This document shows positions 49,600 through 61,181 of a DNA stretch of 64,000 nucleotides, piece by piece. This stretch comes from Takakia lepidozioides (lineage: Eukaryota; Plantae; Bryophyta), in the NCBI GenBank assembly GCA_030704615.1, contig CM060731.1, positions 85,436,001 through 85,500,000 on the forward strand. Reading direction: 5' to 3'. Under the pieces are notes generated by a model. The model made no database searches and was not told where the DNA came from. It saw nothing but the letters and a program-made list of their open reading frames with translations. Positions within the stretch are counted from its first letter, which is position 1. Each line of letters begins with the position of its first letter. A program made the position numbers and the translations under genes.

Positions 49600-50460
49600 C
49601 CTGTAGTTTCCAGTTTCACTGGTGTCACAACTGCCTTCAAGTCAACATCAAAATTAAGTCCACCTATGCGCAAATCGCAGAATGTCTCATGACACCATCT
49701 GCCGCCGCTGGTTTGGCATGATATGATTGTAGTTCACAACCTTAATGAACGCTTTCAGCCTTGACCTCTTTGGCGATCTTCTTCTTTGACTGCTTCTTCA
49801 TAATTTATTGAAAGGGAAAAGCAACTACACATCATTCTTGCAAGTACAGGGGGGTACTCAGGCCTCCTTGGGAGAAAGAGTGCCATAAACACAGACACAT
49901 CCTTAAATGTAAAAATTGGAGAAGCGAACGTCTGGTGGCAATAACTGCCTAAACCAGAATTATACTCCATTCCAGCGCACATGTAAAGGGTCGGATGATA
50001 ACTCGGAATCCCAGTTGGAGATAATGAGACGAATACATGACTATCTTGCGAGTTTCAACTTTCTTGGAGGTAGTTTCCAGTTTCTCTGGTGTCACAACTG
50101 CCTTCAAGCTGGGTTTAGAGGAATTAAGTCCCACTCGCAAATGCAGAATGTCTCCTCATCTGCGGGGCAAAATGGGGTTTGGCATGATATGATTGTAGTT
50201 CACAACCAAAGGGCATATTCTTCAGCCTTGACGTCTTTGCGATCTTCTTACGCCTTCTGCATAACTGTGAAATGGAAAAGCAGCTACACATCAAATTATT
50301 GCGATGCCACTCAATGGCACTATGACGTTTCGAGCATGCTGTCAGAAAACTAGACGGGCAAAACCCAATTCAGCAGCCTCACCTTGCGTGGATACTTGGG
50401 AATTGATGCCAGAAGGGCATGCCCGTATGCGCGCTCCATCGTGCCTCCATCCAGCACATT
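49600..50460 (-). pseudogene. RPL27: Two tandem degenerate fragments of a 60S ribosomal protein L27 (eL27) gene, with introns
   Basis: DGGTMERAYGHALLASIPKYPRK|gtgag (~50380-50455); RLKAFIKVVNYNHIMP...DVDLKAVVTP (49600-49800); second copy VVNYNHIMP...LKAVVTPEKLETTSKKVETRK (50045-50250). Confidence 0.72.
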
Positions 50461-51074
50461 CTGTAAATGATGAATGACCAAGACCCCGATGTCACACCGT
50501 TATGAGAAGCCACTACGCGCGCTCACAGTATACGAAGGCCTTGCCGTGTCAGGATTTCCATTCCCACGTCCCGCCATGTCCGACGCAGCACTTGCATCCT
50601 TGTCTCTGCCAGGTGGAGGCAACACTTATTAAAATATCTATTCCCCCAAGGCCACATTTTGTTTACCTCTTTTTGTGAAAGCCACGTCAGCAAATGTGCT
50701 GCCGAGTCATGGGTGCAATGAATGCGCAGTGGCTCATGGAGTCGTTGAGTCAACTACATATTCACTTTAATGAATAAATATCTTTATTCCATTAATCGAA
50801 TTAGGAAGAAAATTTGTAGTCGCATGTGCAGTAATTACAACCACTTGTAATTTTGGCTTTTTCAAATTTTATGTATTTACGCAATTCGTAAAATAGCCCG
50901 GAATTCTGCTACGACTCCGGAGTCGTTGACCCCACTTCTGTCCGCCGTCTGAAATGCCCCCGTGGGCCCACACTGTCTGTTTCGACTCTCCAGTAGTCCC
51001 GTTTACTACCAAGTGGTTCCCGGAGTGGTCGCGGACATGCAGTCGAATCGGAAAAGACACGAATGCTTCTAGTG

Positions 51075-52784
51075 AAAGCTGGACATGTGCATGTTGGAGG
51101 TTTTCGGAGATGTATTTTTTGGTCCACTTCTGCAGGCTTTGACCCCAATGGAACCCACATGTTCTCTCACGATCGGGCATGGGTTCCCCCGCCTCCACAC
51201 TTCGCGAACAGCAGCCCAATTCGCATTTGCATTGTCGGCCATTAATCCTCGAAATTGCGGTTGCCCCTTCCCTGCTCGCAGCATCTGTTCATTGATGGAT
51301 TCCCACATGATCTTCTGTGATCCTGTATCTTCACATTTCATTTCGCAAATTGTGATCGTCATGAGCTTCCGAAAATTCGGATGGTACACGTGACAAGCCA
51401 TTGTACTCCATCCGTGTATCCGCTTCACGTTGTCGAACATAATCCAGCTACTTCCCAGCTCCCCCCTCCACCCCCCCCCCCCGACGCATCATGTCCACCA
51501 TATGGACTCCACAGCCCTTTCCAACAGTTGACATCTTGAATATGAAACATCTCTCATCCACACTCCCTTGGCCTGGGAAGCGGCTCCCATGGAAATAGTC
51601 GTACCCGCTCCACTTTTTCATTGTCAATAAAGCTTCTACTTCACTCCCAAGCCCCATTTGTGCTTTTGTCTTCTTTGTCTCGTAACGAACACCACATTTG
51701 CCCACAGCACCGACCTCCTCCATGAGCTCCTCGAACTGCTCATCATCGAGTTTCCATCTCTCGGTTGCACCTGGCGATAACACCTTCTCCATGTCAATGG
51801 ACTGAGCAGTAGACATTTGCACCGATTCTGGCCTGGCAGACGGTGACCTATGGATTTCTTCAGCAAGTGCAGATTTGGCTTTGGCAGCAGCTTCCCGGCA
51901 TGCTACAGGTGCAGATGGATGTGAATGAATGCCAACATGCACGGCTGCTCTGGTCATCGTTGGTGGTCCTATCACGTAGAACATTTTGGCATGGCAGGTG
52001 TGCATGCATGTAGGTGGATGGTTGCAGTGAGAACATAGGAAGGTGTTCGGGAGCACGCGGCTTTGCGGTTTGAATTGACCATCGTAATGCCCCATCCAAT
52101 GAATCTCATTATGGCTGCCCTCCCTTAGGAAGAATGGGCACGTTCCTCGAACACATCTCAGCGCACCAACACAGTGTACATACCTACAATGACATTTAAA
52201 GTCAGTGCACAAAGTGCAGAAATTGCACTATGGAAGTCGGCCACGACTACAACTGCACAATGGACAATGAGCAGGAACAAAATACCACCTCACCTGACTG
52301 CGCCGCCTTTTGTGCCAATTATAGGAAGCTTTTAAGTTCATTGTCTTCGTGGTGGCCCATGGATTGCCGTCGTACTTGCGGTCCATGCCTTCGAGCTGAC
52401 CTGCTGGGGATGTGTTTGATGTCGGTGGAAGCTCATGCACGACATCACCATCAACCACGGAAGCAAGACCTGGTCCGGGCTGCTCAAAGTGGAACTGCTA
52501 CGACCCAACACCGACGGTCTGACACTCTTGCAAGGAAATTGAGCCTTCATAATGGAAATGGCCTCTGGTGTACCAATGCAAGAAAAAATCGAAAAGGCCT
52601 TCGACTTGCCTTCTTCATCAGACCATTTATCTCTCTACATGACGAGTGATTCTCTGCTGGGGACAACTAGCGACAAACTAGCCAGGCATATTATCATGGA
52701 AACACATCTCCATGGGGACGAATTTGAAATCATGCACGTCTCCAAAGCTGGCCCCGAAACGAAGTTTGGTTTTATCTACATGGT
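51075..52784 (-). pseudogene. MULE transposase fragment, divergent third subfamily (GCM-like zinc domain plus first half of DDE)
   Basis: MDRKYDGNPW...CVGALRC...CSHC...HVGIHSHP; IMFDNVKR...LMADNANANW...CGFHW. Homologous to 57100-58300. Confidence 0.8.
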
Positions 52785-54544
52785 TGTCGCGGCCCTTCGC
52801 CTTGAGGGCAGGGGGTCGGGACACAAGAGGGGCTGCCCCTGTGGTGGGGGCAGTGGCAACAATAGATACGGGGCTAAGCACCCTTGAGTGCCCAAGGCAC
52901 TCAAGGAGGCGAGGCGCTCACTAGGTGGAGCCCCGCACACCGGGTTGCGGTGGGGGTGGTTCCACGAGGGGTGTGGTAGCTTAGTGGACTTAGTGGGGGT
53001 GGCATAGGAACTCACCATGGGGGTGGAGACCTTGTGGTGGGAGTCGTGGGGAGTCTTGGGACTCATCACAGTCCAATGGGACCGTGGTGGGTGGGCCAAG
53101 ACTCACCGCGACTCATCACCGGGAATCGAGGGTTTTCGTGGTGGTTCACCATAAAATGGCATGGTTGTTTGTGAAACCCCCGCGGACAGTCACAGAAGTA
53201 TATATAGAGTAGTAACCCCGAGAACGGTGGCAAGCCCGTTGGTGACCAAAAACTAGTGAATAAGAGTGCGAGCCGGAAAACGACAAAGGTGTGGGGAGCT
53301 GTTCCGGACTGCCATCGACCAATGGGAATTTCAACTTGGCCCAAATTGAGAGAGGGTCAAGTGGAGGAGTAAAGGGGGACCGTTATGTCCCGGTGAGCAG
53401 TCGAAGTTCCGAGTTGGCCCGGCGGCCAATTTGGGATTTAGGCGCGCGCATCGGAGCGAGTAACTATGACTTGAAGGGGAGCTTACCGAAGTAAGGTGCG
53501 CGACACTTGGTATCAGAGCTTAGAGTTCAGTACGCAATCGTCCTTCAGATCGGCCTCATCATGGGGTCGGGCAAGCCAAAGCAAAAGCGGAACGGCCCGA
53601 GAGATGATGATGCTGGTGAGCCCAATGGGGGCGACGTGTCACCGAAGCGGCAATTTGAGGAGGCGATTCATGCTTTTGAAAGCGAGGCCGCTCAAGAACG
53701 GGAGGAATCTGGGGAGTCAGAACCCGAGGACTCGCTGGAGGCTCCGGCAGACCAACAGATGTCTCCCATGCCAGCAGCTTTTTGGGAAGGGTTTTGGCGC
53801 AGTTTGGCGGACGTTGAAAGACGTGTTGAAGGCGGCTAATGCCACTTCCACTAAGCAAAGTTTAAGGTGAAGCCTAAGGAACCCGGCACCTTCGAGGGCG
53901 TCCAAAATCGGAAGGCACTCAACACCTGGCTCAGGAGCTAGAGCAGTACTTCCGGGCGGCCAAGTTGAGTGACGAGGATCGGGTGGAAGTGGCTCCCACC
54001 TATTTGAGGGGCTATGCTCAACAATGGTGGCAGAAACGCCTTCACGACCAAGGTCCAAACCCGACCTTGAGCTGGAGTTGGTTCAAGGAACTTATGAAGA
54101 GACAATTTGTGCCCCTCAATGCGTCCTGGCTCGCCCGGGACAAGATGAGGAATTTGAAGCAAACGGATGACATTCGGGGATATGTTCAGGCTTTCAATGT
54201 GCTGTTGCTCGAAATCGCGGACATGGCAGAACCAGAAATGGTCTTCAACTTTGTGGCGGGACTGCCCCATGGGCCAGGCGGAAGTTGGAGGAGAAGCCAC
54301 CTAAGACTTGGAACGAGGCAATGAGAGGGCTGAATGTTTTCTCGGATGTCCCTAGGGGCGAAAGACAAGGCCGTACGGAGCTGAGCTACAAGAAGACTCG
54401 GCGAGAGGGTGACTCCTTCCGACTGGAAAAGAAGTGGGATAGGCCAGGCGGTGACAATGGCACATGGAAATCGAAGGGAGGGCCTTCACACATCAAGGCG
54501 GCACCCGGTGCTCCGAAAGAAAAATCAGGTGCGGCGGCTTATGG
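52785..54544 (+). mobile_element. Chromovirus 5' fragment: LTR 52785-53505, PBS 53508-53519, degenerate gag from 53561
   Basis: Homologous to 7987-9755; gag is cut after ...GCTTATGG by a MULE TIR. Confidence 0.92.
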
Positions 54545-55396
54545 GAGGTTTACTATTTCATGAGCAAAAACCATGAGCCATGAGCCATGAGCCGCATGAG
54601 CCGCATGAGCGGTGAGCCAAAGTCTAAGATACGCGGATTTCATATGAGCGGACTCCTCCAAATTTGGAAATGCGGCAGATTAACAAGTATTAAAATAATA
54701 GTTTTTAAATTTGACCTTGCCGTTTTTGGACGTTCCAGATCATGTAATGCGGCAAAGATATGTCGTCAGTAACAAGTCCGCTCATGGTTTTTTAGATCCG
54801 CTCATGGAAATAAGTGACCGTGCAACGGGAAATCCAGTATACCACTACAAAAGGACGTCGCATACTGGCCTGTATAGAGTATTCCGCGGTTTTACATGCC
54901 TTAACATTGGAATGAAGCTGACCCTTTTGCCGCGATTGAACCAATGGAGTCTGCACCAATAGAGTCTGCAGTACTTCACAATTCTGTCTTCTTCGGGTAT
55001 TCGGCGGGAAAGGTTTGCAACTGAACTGGGAAATAAGGTGCCGCATTAGGGTTGGCACGTGCGAAATTTCGGAGCGGTTTGGTGTTGGCGAAGGCCGCCT
55101 CTACCAGTACCTACGACGATACTTGGAAATGCGGCGCCGCATTTCCTTGTCGGAGGTCGAATGAGGAAAGCAAGTTTTCGGAAAGCAGAAAAACATGAAC
55201 CCTCCAACATACAAAAATACATGCACGTGGAAACAAGTGAACGATATAGTAATATCTTAGTTCGAGCAAAACATGTTACTGGTAGGCAAGACATATGTCG
55301 GACCTTTCTGTGGCCAGAGTCTGAGGTACTGGCAGCAGTACAGTTCTACTATCCGAAAAGGATGGGCGTACCATTGTATTGGGACGCAAGCCAAGC

Positions 55397-58300
55397 TCAT
55401 TGGTCCCCTGGATCCATATTCAGAAGAGTGTGAACCTCCTGGGGGCTCAACCCTGGTGCATGTATGAAGTGATGAGTTGTGGAATTACAACGGAGTCTCT
55501 TTAGGTACACGTAGTACTAATGCTTGCAAGGGCAGTATGATGCCCCCTTGTTCGCCATGATCTGGAAGTCAATGCAATTGCAGGTGGGTAATTCTGAAAT
55601 GGTGATGGTGTACACCTCATTGCAAACAGCTGAGCCTGTCGTGACCATCTGATACACATGCCCAAATCCTGGTGGGGGCACTTCTGTCGAGCTCTGGATT
55701 GTACAATTCATCCAAAGTGCATTCCCCATCCTTGTCTCGTTCACTTTTGAGGGAGGTCGCCGCCTCTTCGGTTTCCCCCCAACGGTGTGTAGGATGCTTA
55801 GAGCTGTCGTGTCCCATTGTTCTTGCTCTCACACAGGGGTCGGTGGTGGAGGCTGTGGAAGCGGAAATGATTGTCTGGGGACGTCAGTGCGCTGCACCAT
55901 CCGAAATCCTGCGGCGGTAAGGGCGTCGGCCTCAACCTGACTCAGATCGCAGCCTGGTTCCACCGGCCACACCGGGGGAGCCTCTGGCATTGTTTGTATG
56001 CTGTACTTGGGCTTTCCATACACGCAAGTCATAATGTCGTGCTTGCAGAACCAGAACTGGGTGGTTGTCGCCTCCGCAAACTTTGCATGGACAAATCTTC
56101 CTGTAAAAGTAGGAGCAGGGACAGCCCCATCTGGATTCCTCCTTATCATCTCTAAACAACGTTGCCGTGTATCCACACGAATTGCGGAACACCTTCCTCG
56201 AAACGACGGCTTTGTGCGAGCAATTCTCCACTGTGATGCAGACACAGTCGTCTCCACAATGGCTTGGCCATACTGCATAACAGCGGGCGGAATCTGGGGC
56301 AAGGGAGCGGTGGGAATTTCTCGCACGAAATCCCCGGTTGAAGGCGACGGCGATCTGGAATTTCTTGGGCTTCCACTGCTGGAAGACACATTGTGCGGCA
56401 ACATGACGGGACCTCGAGGTGCTGTCCGAATGTTCCTGTCGGATCTCCAGGAATCCTCTTCCAATCCTCCGCCTCACAGGGCGAGTCCGGACGTCCCCCT
56501 CTAGGTGTTCACCTCTGCGGTGCAGAGGCGTCCCTTTGATCTTCTCTCGCAATGTTGTCGCCCATTTCAGTGGATTCTTGGACCTCGAAGCTGTTCGTAC
56601 CAACAATTCCTCCCTGTCCGGCCCAAAGCCCCATTGTTTGCCGCTCAGGAACTTGTAGTACGTGGCTTGCTGCATGATTTCTTTGTCGATGTCCTCCGTT
56701 GGGCCGTCACTACGTCCACCAGATGTGCGGCAGAAGACGCTCGCCAGGAGGAGTGGACCGATTCTGCCATATTCGTGTTTGGCATGTCCGTGTCGGAATC
56801 CAAGCACCGCTCCTAGAAAGACACAAACAATGGTGAGGGACCAATCGAAATGTCCGTAACAGAAAGACAAATGAACGAAAATGACAACAGCCTACCTCCC
56901 GCATGTACTGTCCGAACTGTCGATACCGAAAATGCCACCACCCCAACCAGCTGTGCAATGCTCCCAGATTGGTTGTCTCCACTGCACCTGACGTGTTCCA
57001 CCAAGCCTCGATGATAGCAAACTTAACCTCCGCGTCATCAAATGTGGGTGCATCCTTCCACGCCGTACAAAGGACACGGTGTTCAGCCTGGAATGAGCTA
57101 GCAACAAATTTGGAAGTGTAGTGAGATAGACTCTGCATCCAATGGAATCCAGGATCTCTCTTTCCCCTCCATTGGAACATTGGGGTCCTCACCGTACACA
57201 CGCCGCACCGCTGCCCAGTTGGCCTGAGCGTTGTCTGCCATGAATCCCCTGAAATTGGGCTCTGGCAATCCCGCCCTTGCCATCTGCTCATTTATGCCCT
57301 CCCACAGATGCATCTCGGACTGTGTGTCCTCCCCTTTCATCTCGCAGATTGCAATCGTCATGAGCCTCTTGGAGTGATAGTCATAAACATGCGCACCCAT
57401 AGTCACCCACTGATGGTTTGTAATTCGCTTGATGTGATCAAACATCACCCAAGCATTCGACAAGTTTCCAGTTGTCATGCGAGTGACCAAGTCGACTCCA
57501 CTCCCAGGCCCACACGTCGACATTTTGAAAATGTAACAACGATCGGATTCGTTTGCCTTGCCCTGGAAACCTGCTACCTTGGATGTAGTCATATCCAGTC
57601 ATTCGTTTCACCTCCAGGATTGAGTACATGTCCGACCCCCTGCCGAACTCCTGCTTACAAGATACGATGTGATTCCGCACATTCGGACTACAAACGTGCG
57701 AGACGGACTCCAAGAGGTCACGCATCTCGTCTTTGGTCAAGGGCTCTCGGTCGGAACCATCTTCAGACATTATTTTGCCAAGAGCAATCTTGTGGGCTGC
57801 CTTCAGCTGAATCTGCTTTGGTCTGGCTCCGGGGCTCAATTTCACCTCCTCTTTTATGATGTCGTGTGCTTCCTGGACAGCCTCACGCATGTTGCCTCTC
57901 GCCAAGGGGTGGCAGTGGACCCTAACGTGTATGCAAGCTCTAGTCAAGTCCGGGAGCAAATGGATTACGTAATATTGCTTGGCTCTGCACATGGACATGC
58001 ACGTCGGTGGTTCTTTGCAATGTGCACACTTGAAAGTACCCGCAGGAGCTTGGCTGGAGACAATGAATGGATGATGCGTTGTGCCAGTCCAATCCGTCTC
58101 TCGTTTCTCCGCCCTCCTTTGGAGAGAAAGTGGAAGCAGGTGGGATTGAGACACCTCAGCTTCCCCGCATAGAGGACATATCGTACACGAACACCATCAG
58201 CAATTTTCGTGCTACTGGTCTTCGTCAACCACCAGGGGTGTCCGTCATGCTTTCGATCCATGTCTGTTAACATCCCGGAGGCTTTGTTTGACGAAGAAAC

Positions 58301-59000
58301 AGGTGGAAACTCGAAGATGACATTGCCATCGACTTCGGGAGGCAGAAACGTTACCTTTCTGACTGGGAATTTGGCATAGTCGAGAGCAGCCAGCTCGGAG
58401 CGAGAACCATCGAGGTGATGTTGTCGTAGGAGCTGCACAATGGACCGGGTTGGAGTTATGCTCGAGGGCACATGCGTAGCACCTACAGAGACGTCCATGC
58501 CGGATTTGAACGACCGTGTGGAGGACATGGGTACCTCAATGCAATCATCTTCCTCGTCGGAAATGTCGAATACGTCCACACGAGAAGCTATTGAGGGTCT
58601 TGACGGTCCAGGTCGGGAATGATTATCGTTGCATACCTCTCTGTTGGCAGTGGCCGCCTGTCGGTTTCCGGACTCCTTTGTGGATGGTGTGGGCAGCGAC
58701 TGATTCGGAAAGGGAATGGGCATTCCCACAGCTCGGTACAGGATGGTGTCTGATGGGGGACGCGCCATCCATTCCGCAACCTCCGTCGTTACCTAGCACG
58801 ACAATGGTCTCGTCAACCTGCCCAGAAACATCCTTCCTTTCTTCTTCCAAATAAACTGTGCCCGGTTTTGAGCTTGAATTTAGAACAAAGTAAGTTTCAG
58901 TCACTCTGCAAAGTCCTCCCTCGTTTGGGATCCAGGCTCTCCCAAGTTGGGGAGGACAGCAAACTATAGCGTAGGAATTCGGAGCCATCGAAGACCGCAC
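55397..59000 (-). pseudogene. MULE transposase: GCM/WRKY-like zinc domain, DDE core and SWIM finger (frameshifted; start uncertain)
   Basis: DGHPW..GKLRCLNPTC..CAHC..C..HCHP; VMFDHIK (D1), FMADNAQ (D2), FHW, NTNMAES (E); PTCNCIDF...CPCKH (SWIM). One intron at about 56813-56893. Confidence 0.82.
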
Positions 59001-59499
59001 GAAGTTGGCAAGTGTGAGGATCAGTATAGCGAGAGACCAAGGCTCACAGGCACCACGTCAGTGGTAATGCGGAGTCCATCGCCGATTGAAGTAGAAGTAT
59101 TGTTTCAAGCTACATGCATGAAGGTGGGCGGTGTGATTCCATATGCAGTAAGTGTCACAATGATGGCCGATTCGGCGACGAAATAACATCTCCTGACAGT
59201 GGATCAAGTAGAATTCGGGGTGCAGACATGAACGTTCGCACTGTCAAGTGCCAGGGGTGCTAGTTAAAACGGTTAGATACCCAAGTTGTGCTCATTAACA
59301 CAGGCCGCAATTGTGTTGTTTCGGAGCACTGCAACCCATTGCACATGGATGAATGGGAAGGCGGTCCCGCAACCCAGTTCAACATCATCCACTCCTTGAT
59401 TGTGATCGGAAATGTGGTGCCGGATTTCCGTCCGATTTCTTTCATTGGAATCCAGACAGGTTACCCATATCTGACCGGTGTGCTACTTTCCATTGCTGT

Positions 59500-60830
59500 T
59501 GGACGGAAATACGGCGCCGCATTTCAATTTTGAATCTTAGTCATGCACCAGTGGCACTTAAATGCGCATTTCCGTCCACCAGAGACCTTCATATTCTTCA
59601 GAACGGAAATACGGCACCGCAATTCCGCTTTGGGCAGACTTTCATACTGTTAACCCTGAACCACCGGAACTGTAATGCGGCACTGCATTTCCGTCCGAGT
59701 CCCGCCTTCGGACATTCCAGATCGGAAATGCGGCGCCGCATTTCCGTTTTCAATCTGTGGCATGGAGCTGTGGGACCGAAATGTGGCACAACATTTCCGT
59801 CCGGGGCACTGTATCATACTCTGCAGAACGGAAATTCGGCACCGCATTCCCGTTCTGAGTCAAAATCGTTATCCACCGGAACTGTAATGCGGCACCGCAT
59901 TTCCGTCCCAGTCCCGTGGCTTGGAGCTGTTGGACCAAAATGCGGCACAGCATTTCCGTCCGGGGCAGTGTTTTTTTATACTCTGTAGCACGGAAATTCG
60001 GTACCGAATTCCCGTTCCAAGTCAAAATCGTGATCCGCCGGAACTGTAATGCGGCACCGCATTTCCGTCCCAGTCCCGCCTTCGGACATTCCAGATCGGA
60101 AATGCGGCGCCGCATTTCCGTTTTGAATCTGTGGCAGTGAGCTGTGGGACGAAAATGCGGCACCGCATTTCCGTCCGGGGCAGTGTTTCATACTGTCCCG
60201 AACGAAATTGCGGCACCGCATTCCCGTCCTGAGTGAAAATCGTGATCCACCGGAACTGTAATGCGGCACCGCATTTCCTTCCGAGTTCCGCCTTCGAACA
60301 TTCCAGAATGGAAATGCGGCGCCGCATTTCCGTTTTCAATTTGTGGCATGTAGCTGTGGGACGGAAATACGGCACCGCAATTCCGCTTTGGCAGACTTTC
60401 ATACTGTTAAGAACGGAATTGCGGCACCGCATTCCCATCCTCAGTGAAAATCGTGATCCACCGGAACTGAAATGCGCGACCGCAATTCCTTTTGAGTCCT
60501 GCCATCGGACATTCCAGAACGGAAATGCGGCGCCGCATTTCCGTTTTCAATCTGTGGCAGTGAGCTGTGGGACGGGAATGCGGCACCGCATTTCCGTCCG
60601 GGGCAGTGTTTCATACTGTGCCGAAGGGAATTGCGGCACCGCATTCCCGTCCTGAGTGAAAATCCTGATCCACCGGAACTAAAATGCGGGATCTCAATTC
60701 CTTCCGAGTCCCGCCATCGGACATTCCAGAACGGAAATGCGGCGCCGCATTTCCGTTTTCAATCTGTGGCATGGAGCTGCGGGGCGGAAATCTGGCACCG
60801 TATTTCCGTCCGGGGCAGACTTTCATACTC
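59500..60830. repeat. Palindrome array between the divergent transposase and ParB-MTase genes
   Basis: Repeated GGAAATGCGGnnCCGCATTTCC with spacers related to those at 3813-6690. Confidence 0.92.
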
Positions 60831-61181
60831 TTCAGAATGAAATTTCCACTCTCATTCATCCAGCGTTGGGACGGAAATGCCATGATATGTGAACACGTGG
60901 ACAAACGGAATTGCGGCACTTGTCTGCTCTCCATGTGTCTGAAGTGACAAGAGGCGGCGCGGCCTGACCGTTGGTTAATGTTCGTTTTGGACGGCAGGCG
61001 TACCCTTGACGATTGGAGTTTCGTAATGACGCATAGTCCACGCGGACACACTTTCATGGAAGCCTTTTGAATCCAAGTGGTGCATTACTGCCGTTACATC
61101 TTATGTCGTGTCTACTCAGCCACCCCTCTCGCGCCCTTTCCATTTGCACTCTTCTCCCCTTTCCCTGTCTCTGTTCTTCTT

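Larger units (their letters stand above)
47183..51074 (+). mobile_element. CACTA/En-Spm element, right part, ending in TAGTG
   Basis: Contains a TnpD remnant. The terminus CTTCTAGTG (reverse complement CACTAGAAG) at 51074 is exactly where MULE transposase sequence resumes. Confidence 0.7.
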
